From the NCBI RefSeq assembly GCF_013365455.1, contig NZ_CP046578.1:300001-332000 (forward strand): a stretch of 32,000 bases of DNA. The letters are read 5' to 3'. Below the pieces are notes generated by a model, which searched no databases, was not told the DNA's origin, and worked only from the letters and a program-made list of their open reading frames with translations. A program made the position numbers and the translations under genes. This document shows, piece after piece, positions 19,890-29,928 of this stretch; position 1 is the first letter of the stretch, and each line of letters starts with the position of its first letter. This DNA comes from Wolbachia endosymbiont of Dirofilaria (Dirofilaria) immitis. GTDB taxonomy: Bacteria > Pseudomonadota > Alphaproteobacteria > Rickettsiales > Anaplasmataceae.

Positions 19890-21164
19890 ATGAAAGTTGA
19901 CTATGAGACCAGCATAATTATTGATGCTATAGAGGAGTTTAGTGGTGAAATAAGACTTGTTGGTGGATGTGTGAGAGATTCAATTCTGCAGTGCAACGTT
20001 CATGATATTGACTTAGCTACTAATCTACTTCCTGGTCAAGTAATTGAAGCGCTGAAACTACGTAATATAAAAGCTATTCCAACTGGCCTAAGACATGGAA
20101 CTGTCACTGCAATTTTAAGCAAAAGATCTTTTGAGATCACAACATTAAGATACGATGTTGAATGTGACGGTAGACATGCGAAAATAGAATTCACCAACAA
20201 TTGGAAGGCTGATGCTTCAAGGCGCGACTTTACATTTAACGCTTTATATGCAGATAAGTATGGTCATGTATACGACTACTTTGGTGGTACTCAAGACTTA
20301 AAAGCGCGTAGGTTAAATTTTATAGGTAATGCTGAAGGTAGGATTAAAGAAGATTATCTACGTATTTTGAGAGTGTTTCGTTTTCACGCTAAGATATGCG
20401 TTGGAGACTTGAGTGATGAAATATTGGATGTATGCAAAGAGTATTCTCACATGATTCAAAGCCTTTCTGGAGAAAGAATAAGAGAAGAAATGTTTAAGTT
20501 ACTGGGGTGCGATGATCCAGTTACGGCTCTTAAGAGCATGCAGAAATCTAATGTTTTGCAAAAAATTATTCCAAAAGAAGTAAAGTGTGAAATTTTGTCT
20601 TCGCCACTTCTTATTAATGCTAAACCTCTAAAACCGTCTGCTATTTCAGCGCGTGGCTCTGTAGTTTATGCATCTTCACTAAATCCTAGCATTAGCTACT
20701 TAGATGATACCAAGCCAATTGATGCACTAACGAAATTAGCGTTGCTTCTTAGGACTACTGAAAAAGATGATCAAGTGAACCTTGGAGAGTACATAAGCAA
20801 GTTTTTACGTTTTTCGAATAAACAAAAGAAAAAACTGTTGTTTTTACTATCCAACAATATTAAAATGGAGCTCTTGAAAAGGGAGCCAAAGAAGTATATA
20901 TCTTTCTTTGGTAAAGAATTATATTGTGATTTAGTGAGAATTTATGGTATTGAGTCTGGAAAAACCGTTGGTGAGTATATTGAGTTTGCCAAGATATTTA
21001 ATATTCCTGAATTTCCTTTATCTGGTGATGATTTGATAAACATAGGTCAACAGCAAGGGAAAAATTTAGGTAAAAACTTAGAGTTGCTAAAGCAGCGTTG
21101 GGAGGATAGTTCCTATACTTTAACGAAAGAAGAGTTGCTATTTTATGCTAAGAAATTGATCTAA
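19890..21164 (+). CDS. CCA tRNA nucleotidyltransferase / poly(A) polymerase family
   Basis: IRLVGGCVRDSIL...HDIDLATNL, RHGTVTAI, RRDFTFNALYAD, LRVFRFHAK. Confidence 0.93.
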   Translation: MKVDYETSIIIDAIEEFSGEIRLVGGCVRDSILQCNVHDIDLATNLLPGQVIEALKLRNIKAIPTGLRHGTVTAILSKRSFEITTLRYDVECDGRHAKIEFTNNWKADASRRDFTFNALYADKYGHVYDYFGGTQDLKARRLNFIGNAEGRIKEDYLRILRVFRFHAKICVGDLSDEILDVCKEYSHMIQSLSGERIREEMFKLLGCDDPVTALKSMQKSNVLQKIIPKEVKCEILSSPLLINAKPLKPSAISARGSVVYASSLNPSISYLDDTKPIDALTKLALLLRTTEKDDQVNLGEYISKFLRFSNKQKKKLLFLLSNNIKMELLKREPKKYISFFGKELYCDLVRIYGIESGKTVGEYIEFAKIFNIPEFPLSGDDLINIGQQQGKNLGKNLELLKQRWEDSSYTLTKEELLFYAKKLI

Positions 21165-21364
21165 ACTGCTCTCTGAGAGTTAAGTAAATTAATACTTGCA
21201 GTATTGTTAGCGTAGTTCATAAAAAGGGTAAGCTTTTGTAGCTGTTTGACTAATTCTTTTTGCTCAGTGAGTTTTTTGCTTGTTTCTTGTAACTCTTTCT
21301 CCAATCTTTTTTCTTCTTTTAACTTTTTTATCTTATTATCCTTTTTAAGTCTTTTAGTTATAGA
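21161..21364 (-). pseudogene. coiled-coil-like ORF fragment, convergent with the CCA transferase gene
   Basis: Minus frame reads *SITKRLKKDNKIKKLKEEKRLEKELQETSKKLTEQKELVKQLQKLTLFMNYANNTASINLLNSQRAV*. Strong heptad-like Lys/Glu/Leu pattern, no plausible upstream start, stop at 21161-21163. Confidence 0.45.
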
Positions 21365-22683
21365 TTAAAGTTCTCTATTCCCTTTTTTAAAGGGAATGTT
21401 TTATAAATGTTAGAGTTCTTATTCCTGATTTGCACCTTCTAATTATTCCTTTGGCTTTTATCACTCTCTGTATACTTTATGGTAATTATATTAAACCAAT
21501 TATTATCTACTTTGATGCTAAAACAGCATTCATCAGTAAATCTGTTACTTACTATAGCGTAAATTCTTTTGTCTTCACTCATTACCTAACTCTTTTTTTT
21601 CTGCTATTCTAGGTTTTTAATTAAATTGAATGCTTTCATCTACTATTTTAAGATCATCAATATAAATTTTGTTCTTCCAGTAGCTTTGTCATAATGTAGA
21701 ATATTCTCTGCCTATTTACTCTATCTCTTTAGCAATATTCATTATTTATGTCGGAGCATAAAATTGTTTTATTTTTGAGCTTAAAAAACTTTTCCTGAAC
21801 TAGAAGCTAAGGCTTTAATTAATAATTATTAAAGTAATAATAAAGTTGTATATACTAGTATGAATATTAGATAAGTATTAATGTAAATGCTTAGTTTTAT
21901 TTAGACGTGTTTAATGTTAGGTAGGTATTTTTATATTTGCAGTGAGGTCTTGTATACAAACAAGCTTTAGGTAGAAACACATATATTTATAAGGGTATCA
22001 ATTGTTTTTTTTACTCTTATTAACACTTCTGTTTATTATCTTGATATTTCATATTCACTACCTGAGTGGCTGAATTGCAGAAAGGTGGCTAAATTAGTTT
22101 TCTATGATCTTATTTTGTAGGTATATGAGCTAATTGAAAGCCCATTGATTATTCTAGTTTGAGGAGTTAAGTAATCCCCTTCTGGCTTTTTGAATGTTCA
22201 GAGGTGAATGTATAGTTATATACAGATTAACGTCATTTTTATGATACCTACTATAGTATAACTAGGTTTGCTTGGATTGTGCTGCAGAGGAGTTTTGTTT
22301 TATCTCTATCCAAGCTTTCTTTTGAATATTCTACTAGTAAGGTTAGATCATTCTGTTTATCAACTACGTTAAAAGCCTTTTCTCATAGCAGAGAAAAAGC
22401 ACCATTTCATAAAGCCTTTTTTGTAGGTTTTAGCATTAGAAACTTTATTTGGAATATATGTCGTAATATTAATTAAAGAGTAAATAGTACTACAGAAAGA
22501 AGGAAGCATTTTAGGAGGTTATATAACGATAAAACTTGCCATCAGCAGTTAAGCTTATTTATAGCTATTCTTCTATTTTTAAGTAGAGTATACTGAAATG
22601 ACGAGTAGTGGGGATTGACTTTAGGTTATACTGTTCGTACAGTATGTACTAGATAACATCAAGTGTATTTAATAATCAATGAA

Positions 22684-22862
22684 GAAATTGGAGAGGATTT
22701 TAGAAAAAAAGTTGTAGCACAAAAAAGTTTTGGCGTAGCGTTCTCAATAAGAATTGAGGATAGAAGTATTAGTTTTGCCCTTGAAGTTCTATGACGCGCA
22801 AGCGAATGAAGATAAAGAAAGAGTTGTGAACAAGCTGTTAAAGCTGTGCCGGAGTAAGGAAG
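22684..22862 (+). pseudogene. degraded N-terminal (MIP18/DUF59-type) domain of mrp/apbC
   Basis: Adjacent pieces in different frames: FSIRIEDRSISFALEVL (frame 1), YDAQANEDKERVVN (frame 2), AVKAVP (frame 1), GVRKVTMV (the mrp frame). They line up as one Mrp N-terminal domain. Confidence 0.8.
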
Positions 22863-23657
22863 GTGACCATGGTTACTATTGATCGAAAACAGGCTACAAA
22901 ACAGGTGCCTAAACTACATATTGATGGGGTGAAGAATATAATTGTTGTAGCTTCTGCTAAAGGAGGGGTAGGTAAATCTACAGTTGCATTAACTCTTGCT
23001 CTTTCACTAGCAAAATTGAAACACAAGACTGCACTAGTTGATGCAGATATATATGGTCCTTCAATTCCTAGAATGCTTGGTGCTGAAAAATTAAAGCTGA
23101 AAATACAGGATAGTAAAGTAATACCTGTAGAAAAGTATAGGCTACATACTATTTCAATTGGCTATTTTATTAATAAAGACTGTGCAGCAATATGGCGTGG
23201 ACCCATGGTTACAAAAGTGCTTCACAGTTTACTAATGGGAACAAAATGGTCAGATATAGAATATTTAATAATTGATACACCACCTGGAACTGGTGATGTA
23301 CACCTAAGTCTAATGGAGAATTTTAGCTTAACTGGAGCGGTAATAGTTTCAACTCCACAGGAACTTGCTTTGGTTGGTGCTCGTAAAATTTATGACATGT
23401 TTACAAAATTCAGTGTACCTATTATTGGTATTGTAGAAAATATGAGTTATTTTATTCAAGGTGACTCAAAAATATATATCTTTGGAAAAGATAGTATAAA
23501 AAAAGTATCTGAGGAGTTAGGAATCAAACTCTTGGGCAGAGTTCCTTTGGATCCGCAGGTATGTAGTGCTTCTGATTGTGGAAATCCTCTAATGCTGAGT
23601 GAGAAATTAATGAAGATTTATGAAAATATTGCTAAAGATATTGGGTCTTTTATATAA
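22863..23657 (+). CDS. apbC: Mrp/ApbC/NBP35-family iron-sulfur carrier P-loop ATPase (ATPase domain only)
   Basis: NIIVVASAKGGVGKSTVALTLALSLA, DADIYGPSIPRMLG, YLIIDTPPGTGDVHL, GIVENMSYF. Confidence 0.93.
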   Translation: MTMVTIDRKQATKQVPKLHIDGVKNIIVVASAKGGVGKSTVALTLALSLAKLKHKTALVDADIYGPSIPRMLGAEKLKLKIQDSKVIPVEKYRLHTISIGYFINKDCAAIWRGPMVTKVLHSLLMGTKWSDIEYLIIDTPPGTGDVHLSLMENFSLTGAVIVSTPQELALVGARKIYDMFTKFSVPIIGIVENMSYFIQGDSKIYIFGKDSIKKVSEELGIKLLGRVPLDPQVCSASDCGNPLMLSEKLMKIYENIAKDIGSFI

Positions 23658-23710
23658 AATTTGTTAAAACTACTTTCAAAACAGATGAGATATGATTTAA
23701 GAGTCAGCAA

Positions 23711-24868
23711 ATGAATTATGATGTAATTATCTCAGGTGGCGGGTTACTTGGTCTCATTACTGCTATTGGCCTCAGCAGTAACTCTGTGTCTGTAGCTGTG
23801 GTTGAAAAGAGTAGTCTGCAACGTGTGATTGATGATAATCGAGCATTTGCTATCTCTCAAGGCTCGAGAAAAATATTGGAAAAGTTAGGGATTTGGCCGC
23901 TCATAGAAAGCTGGGCAGAACCTATACTTGATATATGCATAATAGATGGAAATAGTCCAGTTACTGTACACTATGATCATAAAATGGTTAGTGAAGAACC
24001 GATGGGCTATGTTATTAATAGTGCTACTATGTGGAATGCGATCAACAATAATTTTTTGGAGAGGTTAAACATATATTCTTCACTTTCCTATAAGACAGTT
24101 GTTTGTGATGGAGGGTATGTAGAAGTTATTCTGGATAATGATCAGAAATTAGTATCTTCATTACTTATCTGTGCTGAAGGTAAAAATTCCAAGCTACCAG
24201 AGTTATTTTCTATACCAGTGATGAAATTTGATTATGAACAAAATAGCATAGTATTTAATGTAAAACATGAATTGAATCATCAAAATTTAGCTATAGAAAG
24301 GTTTTTTCCTGGTGGTCCATTTGCAATTCTACCAATGAAAGGAGGCTATACTTCTTCAATAGTTTGGACGGAAAAATCTAAAATTTCTGAAATGCTAATG
24401 AACCTAGCTGAAGAGGAATTTATCATAGAGCTTAAAAAAAGGTTTGGCTCTTATTTAGGGGAAATTAAATTAGAGGGTAGAAGAAAATCTTATTCCTTGA
24501 GTTTTGCTTTTGCAAAAAGACTATATAAAAGTAGAGTTTTGCTTATCGGTGATGCAGCACATTTGATTCATCCTGTTGCAGGTCAAGGACTTAATCTTGG
24601 GATTAGGGATGTAGAAAGTATTATAAGGCAAATAACTGCTGTAAAAGCATATGGTATTGATGTTGGTAGTAATTATCTGCTGAGAAAATTTGCATGTGAT
24701 AGATACTGTGACAATTTTACCATGGCACTTGTAACTGATGGTTTAAATAGGATATTTTCCAATGAAATGCTTTGCGCTAAGATATTAAGAAATCTTGGCT
24801 TAATGGTAGTTGAAAATTCAAATTTCCTCAAAAAACGCTTCATCCATCATGCTATGGGGTTGAGGTGA
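23711..24868 (+). CDS. UbiH/UbiF/VisC/COQ6-family FAD-dependent ubiquinone biosynthesis hydroxylase
   Basis: DVIISGGGLLGLITAIGLS (FAD binding), RVLLIGDAAHLIHPVAGQGLNLGIRDVE (GDAAH motif). Confidence 0.9.
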   Translation: MNYDVIISGGGLLGLITAIGLSSNSVSVAVVEKSSLQRVIDDNRAFAISQGSRKILEKLGIWPLIESWAEPILDICIIDGNSPVTVHYDHKMVSEEPMGYVINSATMWNAINNNFLERLNIYSSLSYKTVVCDGGYVEVILDNDQKLVSSLLICAEGKNSKLPELFSIPVMKFDYEQNSIVFNVKHELNHQNLAIERFFPGGPFAILPMKGGYTSSIVWTEKSKISEMLMNLAEEEFIIELKKRFGSYLGEIKLEGRRKSYSLSFAFAKRLYKSRVLLIGDAAHLIHPVAGQGLNLGIRDVESIIRQITAVKAYGIDVGSNYLLRKFACDRYCDNFTMALVTDGLNRIFSNEMLCAKILRNLGLMVVENSNFLKKRFIHHAMGLR

Positions 24869-24999
24869 GGTTTATATCTAAAGGCTTTGATTTAAAGTTA
24901 CCTTTCGAAGGGCTATTTTTAAGTTTTAGTAATGATAAACTAATGTACTAATTCAGGAAAGTTATTATAATAAAGCTTCTGTAGCTCAGCGAATCATTA

Positions 25000-26196
25000 G
25001 TGGCAATACAAAATATTATCTCTCTTGTCATGATACTATCTGTAGCAATTGCTGATATGGCAACTGACTTATACTTAGTTGCACTGCCAAGTATTGCTAA
25101 TCATTTTAAGGTAGAAGGTAGTGTAGTGCAGCTTACAATTAGCTTAAATTTAGTTGGATTTGCTATGTCTGGACTAATTTATGGTCCTCTATCTGACTAT
25201 TATGGTAGACGTCCGATCATGCTGATTGGTATGGCAGTTTTTACTGTGGCAAGTGTTATGTGTTGTATGGTTAATAATATTATGTTCTTAATATTGATTC
25301 GTTTTATACAAGGAATAGGAGCTGGTGTTGCAGGCGTTGTTGGATATGCAGCAATAAAGGATATGTATTCAGGTAGTGAATATTCGAAGATGATTTCAAA
25401 GTTAAATATGGTAGTGGCACTCTCACCTGGGATAGCCCCAGTGGTAGGTAGTCATATAATTTCACATGGTTATAACTGGAAGTTTTTATTTTTTATTATA
25501 TCACTAGCAGCAGTTATTATGCTTATTTTCATTTACTTTAAGTTACAAGAGACACTTGCTGTAAGTAAAAATGAAATTAGTATGGCTAACTTGGTTATTA
25601 GTATTTTCAAGCAGTATATATTAATGTTTAAAAACTATCGTTTTCTTGGATTTTCGACTATTCATGGATTAACTTTCATGTGGCTTTGGGCATATGTTGC
25701 TAACTACCCTTTCGTATTTGAATCTATGGGTGTTGAAGTAAAGTATTTCGGTTATTTTATATCAATTATAGTTATATTTTTCATGATTGGGGCTTTGATT
25801 AACAGAAAGTGTGTGCCAAAAATAGGTGTGAGCAGAATGTTAATAATAGGTTTAGTGTTGCCAATAATACCTGAGAGTTTACTGGCATATTTTTGCTCTG
25901 TAGACAAGTTGAGTATGTTTGTCCTTCAGGTTATTTGGATTCCAAGTAATATAGGTCTTGCACTTGTAATAAGCAACAATGTAACTTCTGCACTAGAAAC
26001 AATTAAAGGTATAGGACTTGGTAGTGGAGTTCTCTCATTCTGTAATATGATGTTTGGGGCTATCGGGATATATATAATAGGAAAGTTTTTTTCTTACGGC
26101 GTTTTGTCAAACGCGCTGTTAACAGTTGCATGTTCTATAACTGCGGTTTTTATATATTATTTGCTTGAATACACTAAAAAGTATTCTAAAGTCTAA
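25000..26196 (+). CDS. MFS transporter, Bcr/CflA-type multidrug efflux family
   Basis: About 12 hydrophobic segments; ATDLYLVALPSIANHF, GLIYGPLSDYYGRRPIMLIG, RFIQGIGAGVAGVVGYAAIKDMY. Confidence 0.88.
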   Translation: MAIQNIISLVMILSVAIADMATDLYLVALPSIANHFKVEGSVVQLTISLNLVGFAMSGLIYGPLSDYYGRRPIMLIGMAVFTVASVMCCMVNNIMFLILIRFIQGIGAGVAGVVGYAAIKDMYSGSEYSKMISKLNMVVALSPGIAPVVGSHIISHGYNWKFLFFIISLAAVIMLIFIYFKLQETLAVSKNEISMANLVISIFKQYILMFKNYRFLGFSTIHGLTFMWLWAYVANYPFVFESMGVEVKYFGYFISIIVIFFMIGALINRKCVPKIGVSRMLIIGLVLPIIPESLLAYFCSVDKLSMFVLQVIWIPSNIGLALVISNNVTSALETIKGIGLGSGVLSFCNMMFGAIGIYIIGKFFSYGVLSNALLTVACSITAVFIYYLLEYTKKYSKV

Positions 26197-26832
26197 TAAT
26201 GGAAGGTAATTAAAAGTTTAACTAAACTAAAAAAAATCTGTTTAAAAGTGTGGTTAATATCAGGTATTATAAAGATGATATCATGAAAGGTGGTGTTGTG
26301 CTCTAGAATCAAGCATCTAAATACATGGGTCTATTATCTTAGATGTTAAGGCAAAATTATTATTTTTTTTGTTGTGGTATTTAGATGAACGCGAATTTTT
26401 CTTATTGCAGCACTAAAGAGATTTTAGCGGTTTTTCCAAAGTTAACTAAACGCTGGTAGAGTGTTTTTCATTTTTCTATTAACAAATGATAACAATAATA
26501 GACATATATAGATAGTATTTTTTAAATGTAAAATCTGTCACCTGTGATTTTGGGCTTTGCTAGCTTTCTATATAAACCATCTAATAATTGAATTGTGTTG
26601 TTTTAAGTAGGGAAATTATGTACCTGATTATCAAGGTTTAATATGAGGATAAAAGGATTTATGTAATAAATTATTATTGCAAGGCTATTATTCAAGCGAT
26701 GGCATATCACCAGTATTGTAAAAATGCTTCAGGAAGTGATTTTTTACTGCAGATTATTTCTATCAGTTTTAGAATGACTAAAGTTCTCAGTGTTGTCTAA
26801 GTAAGTATCAATGTTTATTTTTCTTGCTATTC

Positions 26833-27000
26833 ATGATGATAGAGATTATTATAAAGGGGTATGCTTTGAGAAAGATTAAGGATAATGGCAAATATCTAAT
26901 GTATGTTCTAATATTTTTTGGCTATTACTGTTTTGCATTGGCAGCTGGGATTATTGCTGGTGATATTAATATGCAAAGTCAAAGTCTAGTGTTAAATTAA
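26833..27000 (+). other. candidate 55-aa single-TM small ORF
   Basis: MMIEIIIKGYALRKIKDNGKYLMYVLIFFGYYCFALAAGIIAGDINMQSQSLVLN*: basic segment followed by one clear hydrophobic helix. Below the length cutoff of the supplied track. Confidence 0.3.
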
Positions 27001-27639
27001 GTGATCTATATTAGGAAAAATAGTATATAATGTTAGCTCTGTTATATAGGTACTTATAACCTTGTTTAGAGAAAATGGGGAGAAGATTTAGAATATTTTT
27101 TGTGAAAAAAGGATATTCGATAAACCATACTTTACTATGTTAGATCTAAAGAAAGGGAAAGTAGTAAATTATTTAATATCTTCTACTTTTTTGAGCTTGG
27201 TGTTTAGGTTTGTAGTACTAAACCTAAGTAAAAGCTGATTATTTACGCAACTGATATTACTACATGTATTTCCCATGCTATACAATATGATACTGTTTGC
27301 AACAATGCTGCACCAACAAGGCTAGCTATAACTAGTTGAAATTTTCTTTATTGAATCTACCACAGTTCTATTTCACTGGAAGAGAGGCAGAATATTTGAC
27401 CCATGAACCCAAGGTATTTTATTTAATGTTAAAGTGAAAACCTTTGCTGTTTTTAATCTATATAAATTAAAAATAACTAAACATCTTTATTCCTGTGCTA
27501 AAATAACTAGTACAGTTTGTCAAAAAATTTTTAAATGCATTACTAAAATTTATTATGTGGTTTTTATAAGAGATCTATTTACTCCTTGTCATTTGTAGCG
27601 TACTGCATTAACATTTATATATTGATTCAGAAGGTATTG

Positions 27640-28947
27640 ATGAATAATATTGTAATTGTTGGTTTACAGTGGGGCGATGAAGGAAAAGGTAAAATAGTAG
27701 ACTACCTTTCTGAAAATGCTAGTGTAGTTGTGAGATTTCAGGGGGGAAATAATGCAGGGCATACCATAGTAGTAGATGGTGAAGTTTATAAATTAAATTT
27801 GCTACCTTCTGCTGTTTTAAGGACAAGTAAGATATCTATTATAGGAAATGGTGTTGCTCTTGATTTGCATGCTCTAATCTCAGAAATAGAATTGTTAAAA
27901 AATAGAGGTATAGATATCAATCCTAACAATTTGATGATATCTGAAAGCTGTCCATTAATACTCAGTGTACATAAGGATAAGGAAAGGTTGTTTGAAAATT
28001 TAAATGGAAATCACAAAATTGGTACAACAAACAAGGGAATAGGGCCATGTTATGAAGATAAAGTTGGAAGAAGAGCTATACGTCTTTGTGACTTAGAAAA
28101 TATAGATGAGCTTGATAAAAAAGTGGATACTCTTCTGAGTTACCACAATGCTATCAGGCAGGGCCTAAGCTGTCAAGTGGTAAGAAAGGAAGAAGTATTG
28201 AAGGAAATTAAAAAAATCTCAAGAAAAATTCTTCCGTATAAGAAACCAGTATGGAGAATATTGAATGACCTTACAAAAGAAGGCAAGGAAATAATATTTG
28301 AAGGTGCCCAAGGCACATTTTTAGATGTTGACCATGGGACATATCCTTTTGTTACTTCAAGCAATACTGTAGCGTCGCAAGCAATAATAGGTTCAGGGTT
28401 CTCTTTCAATGCTTATGTTATTGGTGTAGCAAAAGCTTATACAACAAGAGTAGGAAATGGTCCGTTTCCTACTGAACAGAAAAATGAAGTGGGAGATAGC
28501 TTATTTTCTATAGGCAAGGAGCTTGGAACGGTAAGTAATAGAAAAAGGCGCTGCGGTTGGTTTGATGCAGTTTTGGTTCGTCAAGCAGTACAGCTTTCTG
28601 GAGTTTCAAGTGTTATATTAACTAAACTAGATATTCTTGATTCTTTTGACAAAATTAAAATATGTACTGGATATGGGTATAATGGAAGTGTATTGTACGA
28701 TTATTTACCAGCACTACATTCGATACAAGGAAAATTGGAGCCGATATATGAAGAATTTCCTGGCTGGAGGGAAAGCACTCAGGGTAAAAGGTTGGTCAAA
28801 GAGTTACCCACAAATTTAATAAGGTATATAAGAAGAGTAGAGGAATTAGTAGGTGTGCCAATTCATTTAATTTCAACTAGCCCAAAAAGGGAGGATGTTA
28901 TTAAGCTCAGAGATTTTAAACTTTCTAGGAGTGCTCTTATGTCTTAA
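27640..28947 (+). CDS. purA: adenylosuccinate synthetase (start preferred at ATG 27640)
   Basis: MNNIVIVGLQWGDEGKGKIVDYLSENASVVVRFQGGNNAGHTI, GTTNKGIGPCYEDK, EGAQGTFLDVDHGTYPFVTSSN. Confidence 0.98.
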   Translation: MNNIVIVGLQWGDEGKGKIVDYLSENASVVVRFQGGNNAGHTIVVDGEVYKLNLLPSAVLRTSKISIIGNGVALDLHALISEIELLKNRGIDINPNNLMISESCPLILSVHKDKERLFENLNGNHKIGTTNKGIGPCYEDKVGRRAIRLCDLENIDELDKKVDTLLSYHNAIRQGLSCQVVRKEEVLKEIKKISRKILPYKKPVWRILNDLTKEGKEIIFEGAQGTFLDVDHGTYPFVTSSNTVASQAIIGSGFSFNAYVIGVAKAYTTRVGNGPFPTEQKNEVGDSLFSIGKELGTVSNRKRRCGWFDAVLVRQAVQLSGVSSVILTKLDILDSFDKIKICTGYGYNGSVLYDYLPALHSIQGKLEPIYEEFPGWRESTQGKRLVKELPTNLIRYIRRVEELVGVPIHLISTSPKREDVIKLRDFKLSRSALMS

Positions 28948-29330
28948 TTACCTGTTGCCTATAAAAGTGCTTTCTTAACAGAAGAGTATTTAAGGTAACT
29001 TGAATATATTTTATTAGCTAAAATAGCTTCGTATTATAAAGCTATGGTGAAAGTTGATTCAGCATGTAAAGAGGAGTAAAAAAGTTAAATTCAAGTCTAA
29101 CACTTGTGGTTATTTTTAACTTGATTAAGCTTTCTGATCAGAGTTAGCGTAAAGAAGGTTGTTAGCTTTAAAGTATGATTATTTATTTAAGTTGGATATA
29201 TTTAGCTTATGAGGTAGAAAGAAGTGAAACGATAGAAGAGGAAAAAGCAAGTAACCTTTTTTGGAAGATAATCTTTTTATACTGCCAGAGCAGTTCTTAT
29301 CTTGAATGTAATAAATAGTTTAATGGTGTT

Positions 29331-29498
29331 ATGTTACTTGTACCTTTAAAGAGTAGTATTGGTAAAATAGGAAAGAGTGGATCTTTATATGAGAAAGAAT
29401 TAAAAGCTTTAACTAATCTTGCAGAAGATTTTAATGCAACATATATTGCTTTACTGCCAGTTAAGGTTTTTTTTACACAACGAGGTTCCGATAGATAA
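29331..29498 (+). other. candidate 55-aa ORF or gene fragment
   Basis: MLLVPLKSSIGKIGKSGSLYEKELKALTNLAEDFNATYIALLPVKVFFTQRGSDR*. Amphipathic, protein-like composition within a spacer otherwise full of stops. Confidence 0.25.
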
Positions 29499-29928
29499 TG
29501 ATATATAGGATTCCTTTTAAGAGCTTATGAAGAATAAGAAGGGCTTTTACTACTGTAATCTTTACAAGAAGTGGCAAAAGATTTATCTAGTAGACGTACT
29601 CTAAATGCAGCTTTCAACTTATATATAAGATGGGTACTATCTCTTTATAGTATAATGAAAGATTGAAAGGACAAGAAGCAATGAATAGAAAAGGTAACAT
29701 GGAGAAATATGTTTTATATAGTAATATGTGAAAGATTTGGGAATATGATTAATTAATTCATTAAAAAATAGCAGATACGATTTCTGTGAGGGGATTTGAT
29801 GATATACGTTTTAATTTTCTGGTTTCTGTTCAAAAAGGACTGTAAATCGTTGCATATGCTGCGGTTATGGTGATGAGAATATAAATAGCCTAGCTTTTTC
29901 TCTTAGATATCATGCTGGTGGTTTAAAT

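Noticed and set aside
21430-21612. 60-aa plus ORF after the coiled-coil fragment, and 22279-22476 ORF
   Set aside because: Hydrophobic or Ser/Phe-rich chance-like sequence with no supporting motif or convincing start signal.
1036-26571. Shared 14-mer TTTTGGGCTTTGCT near 1037 and 26558
   Set aside because: A single 14-bp match is expected by chance in a 32-kb AT-rich window.
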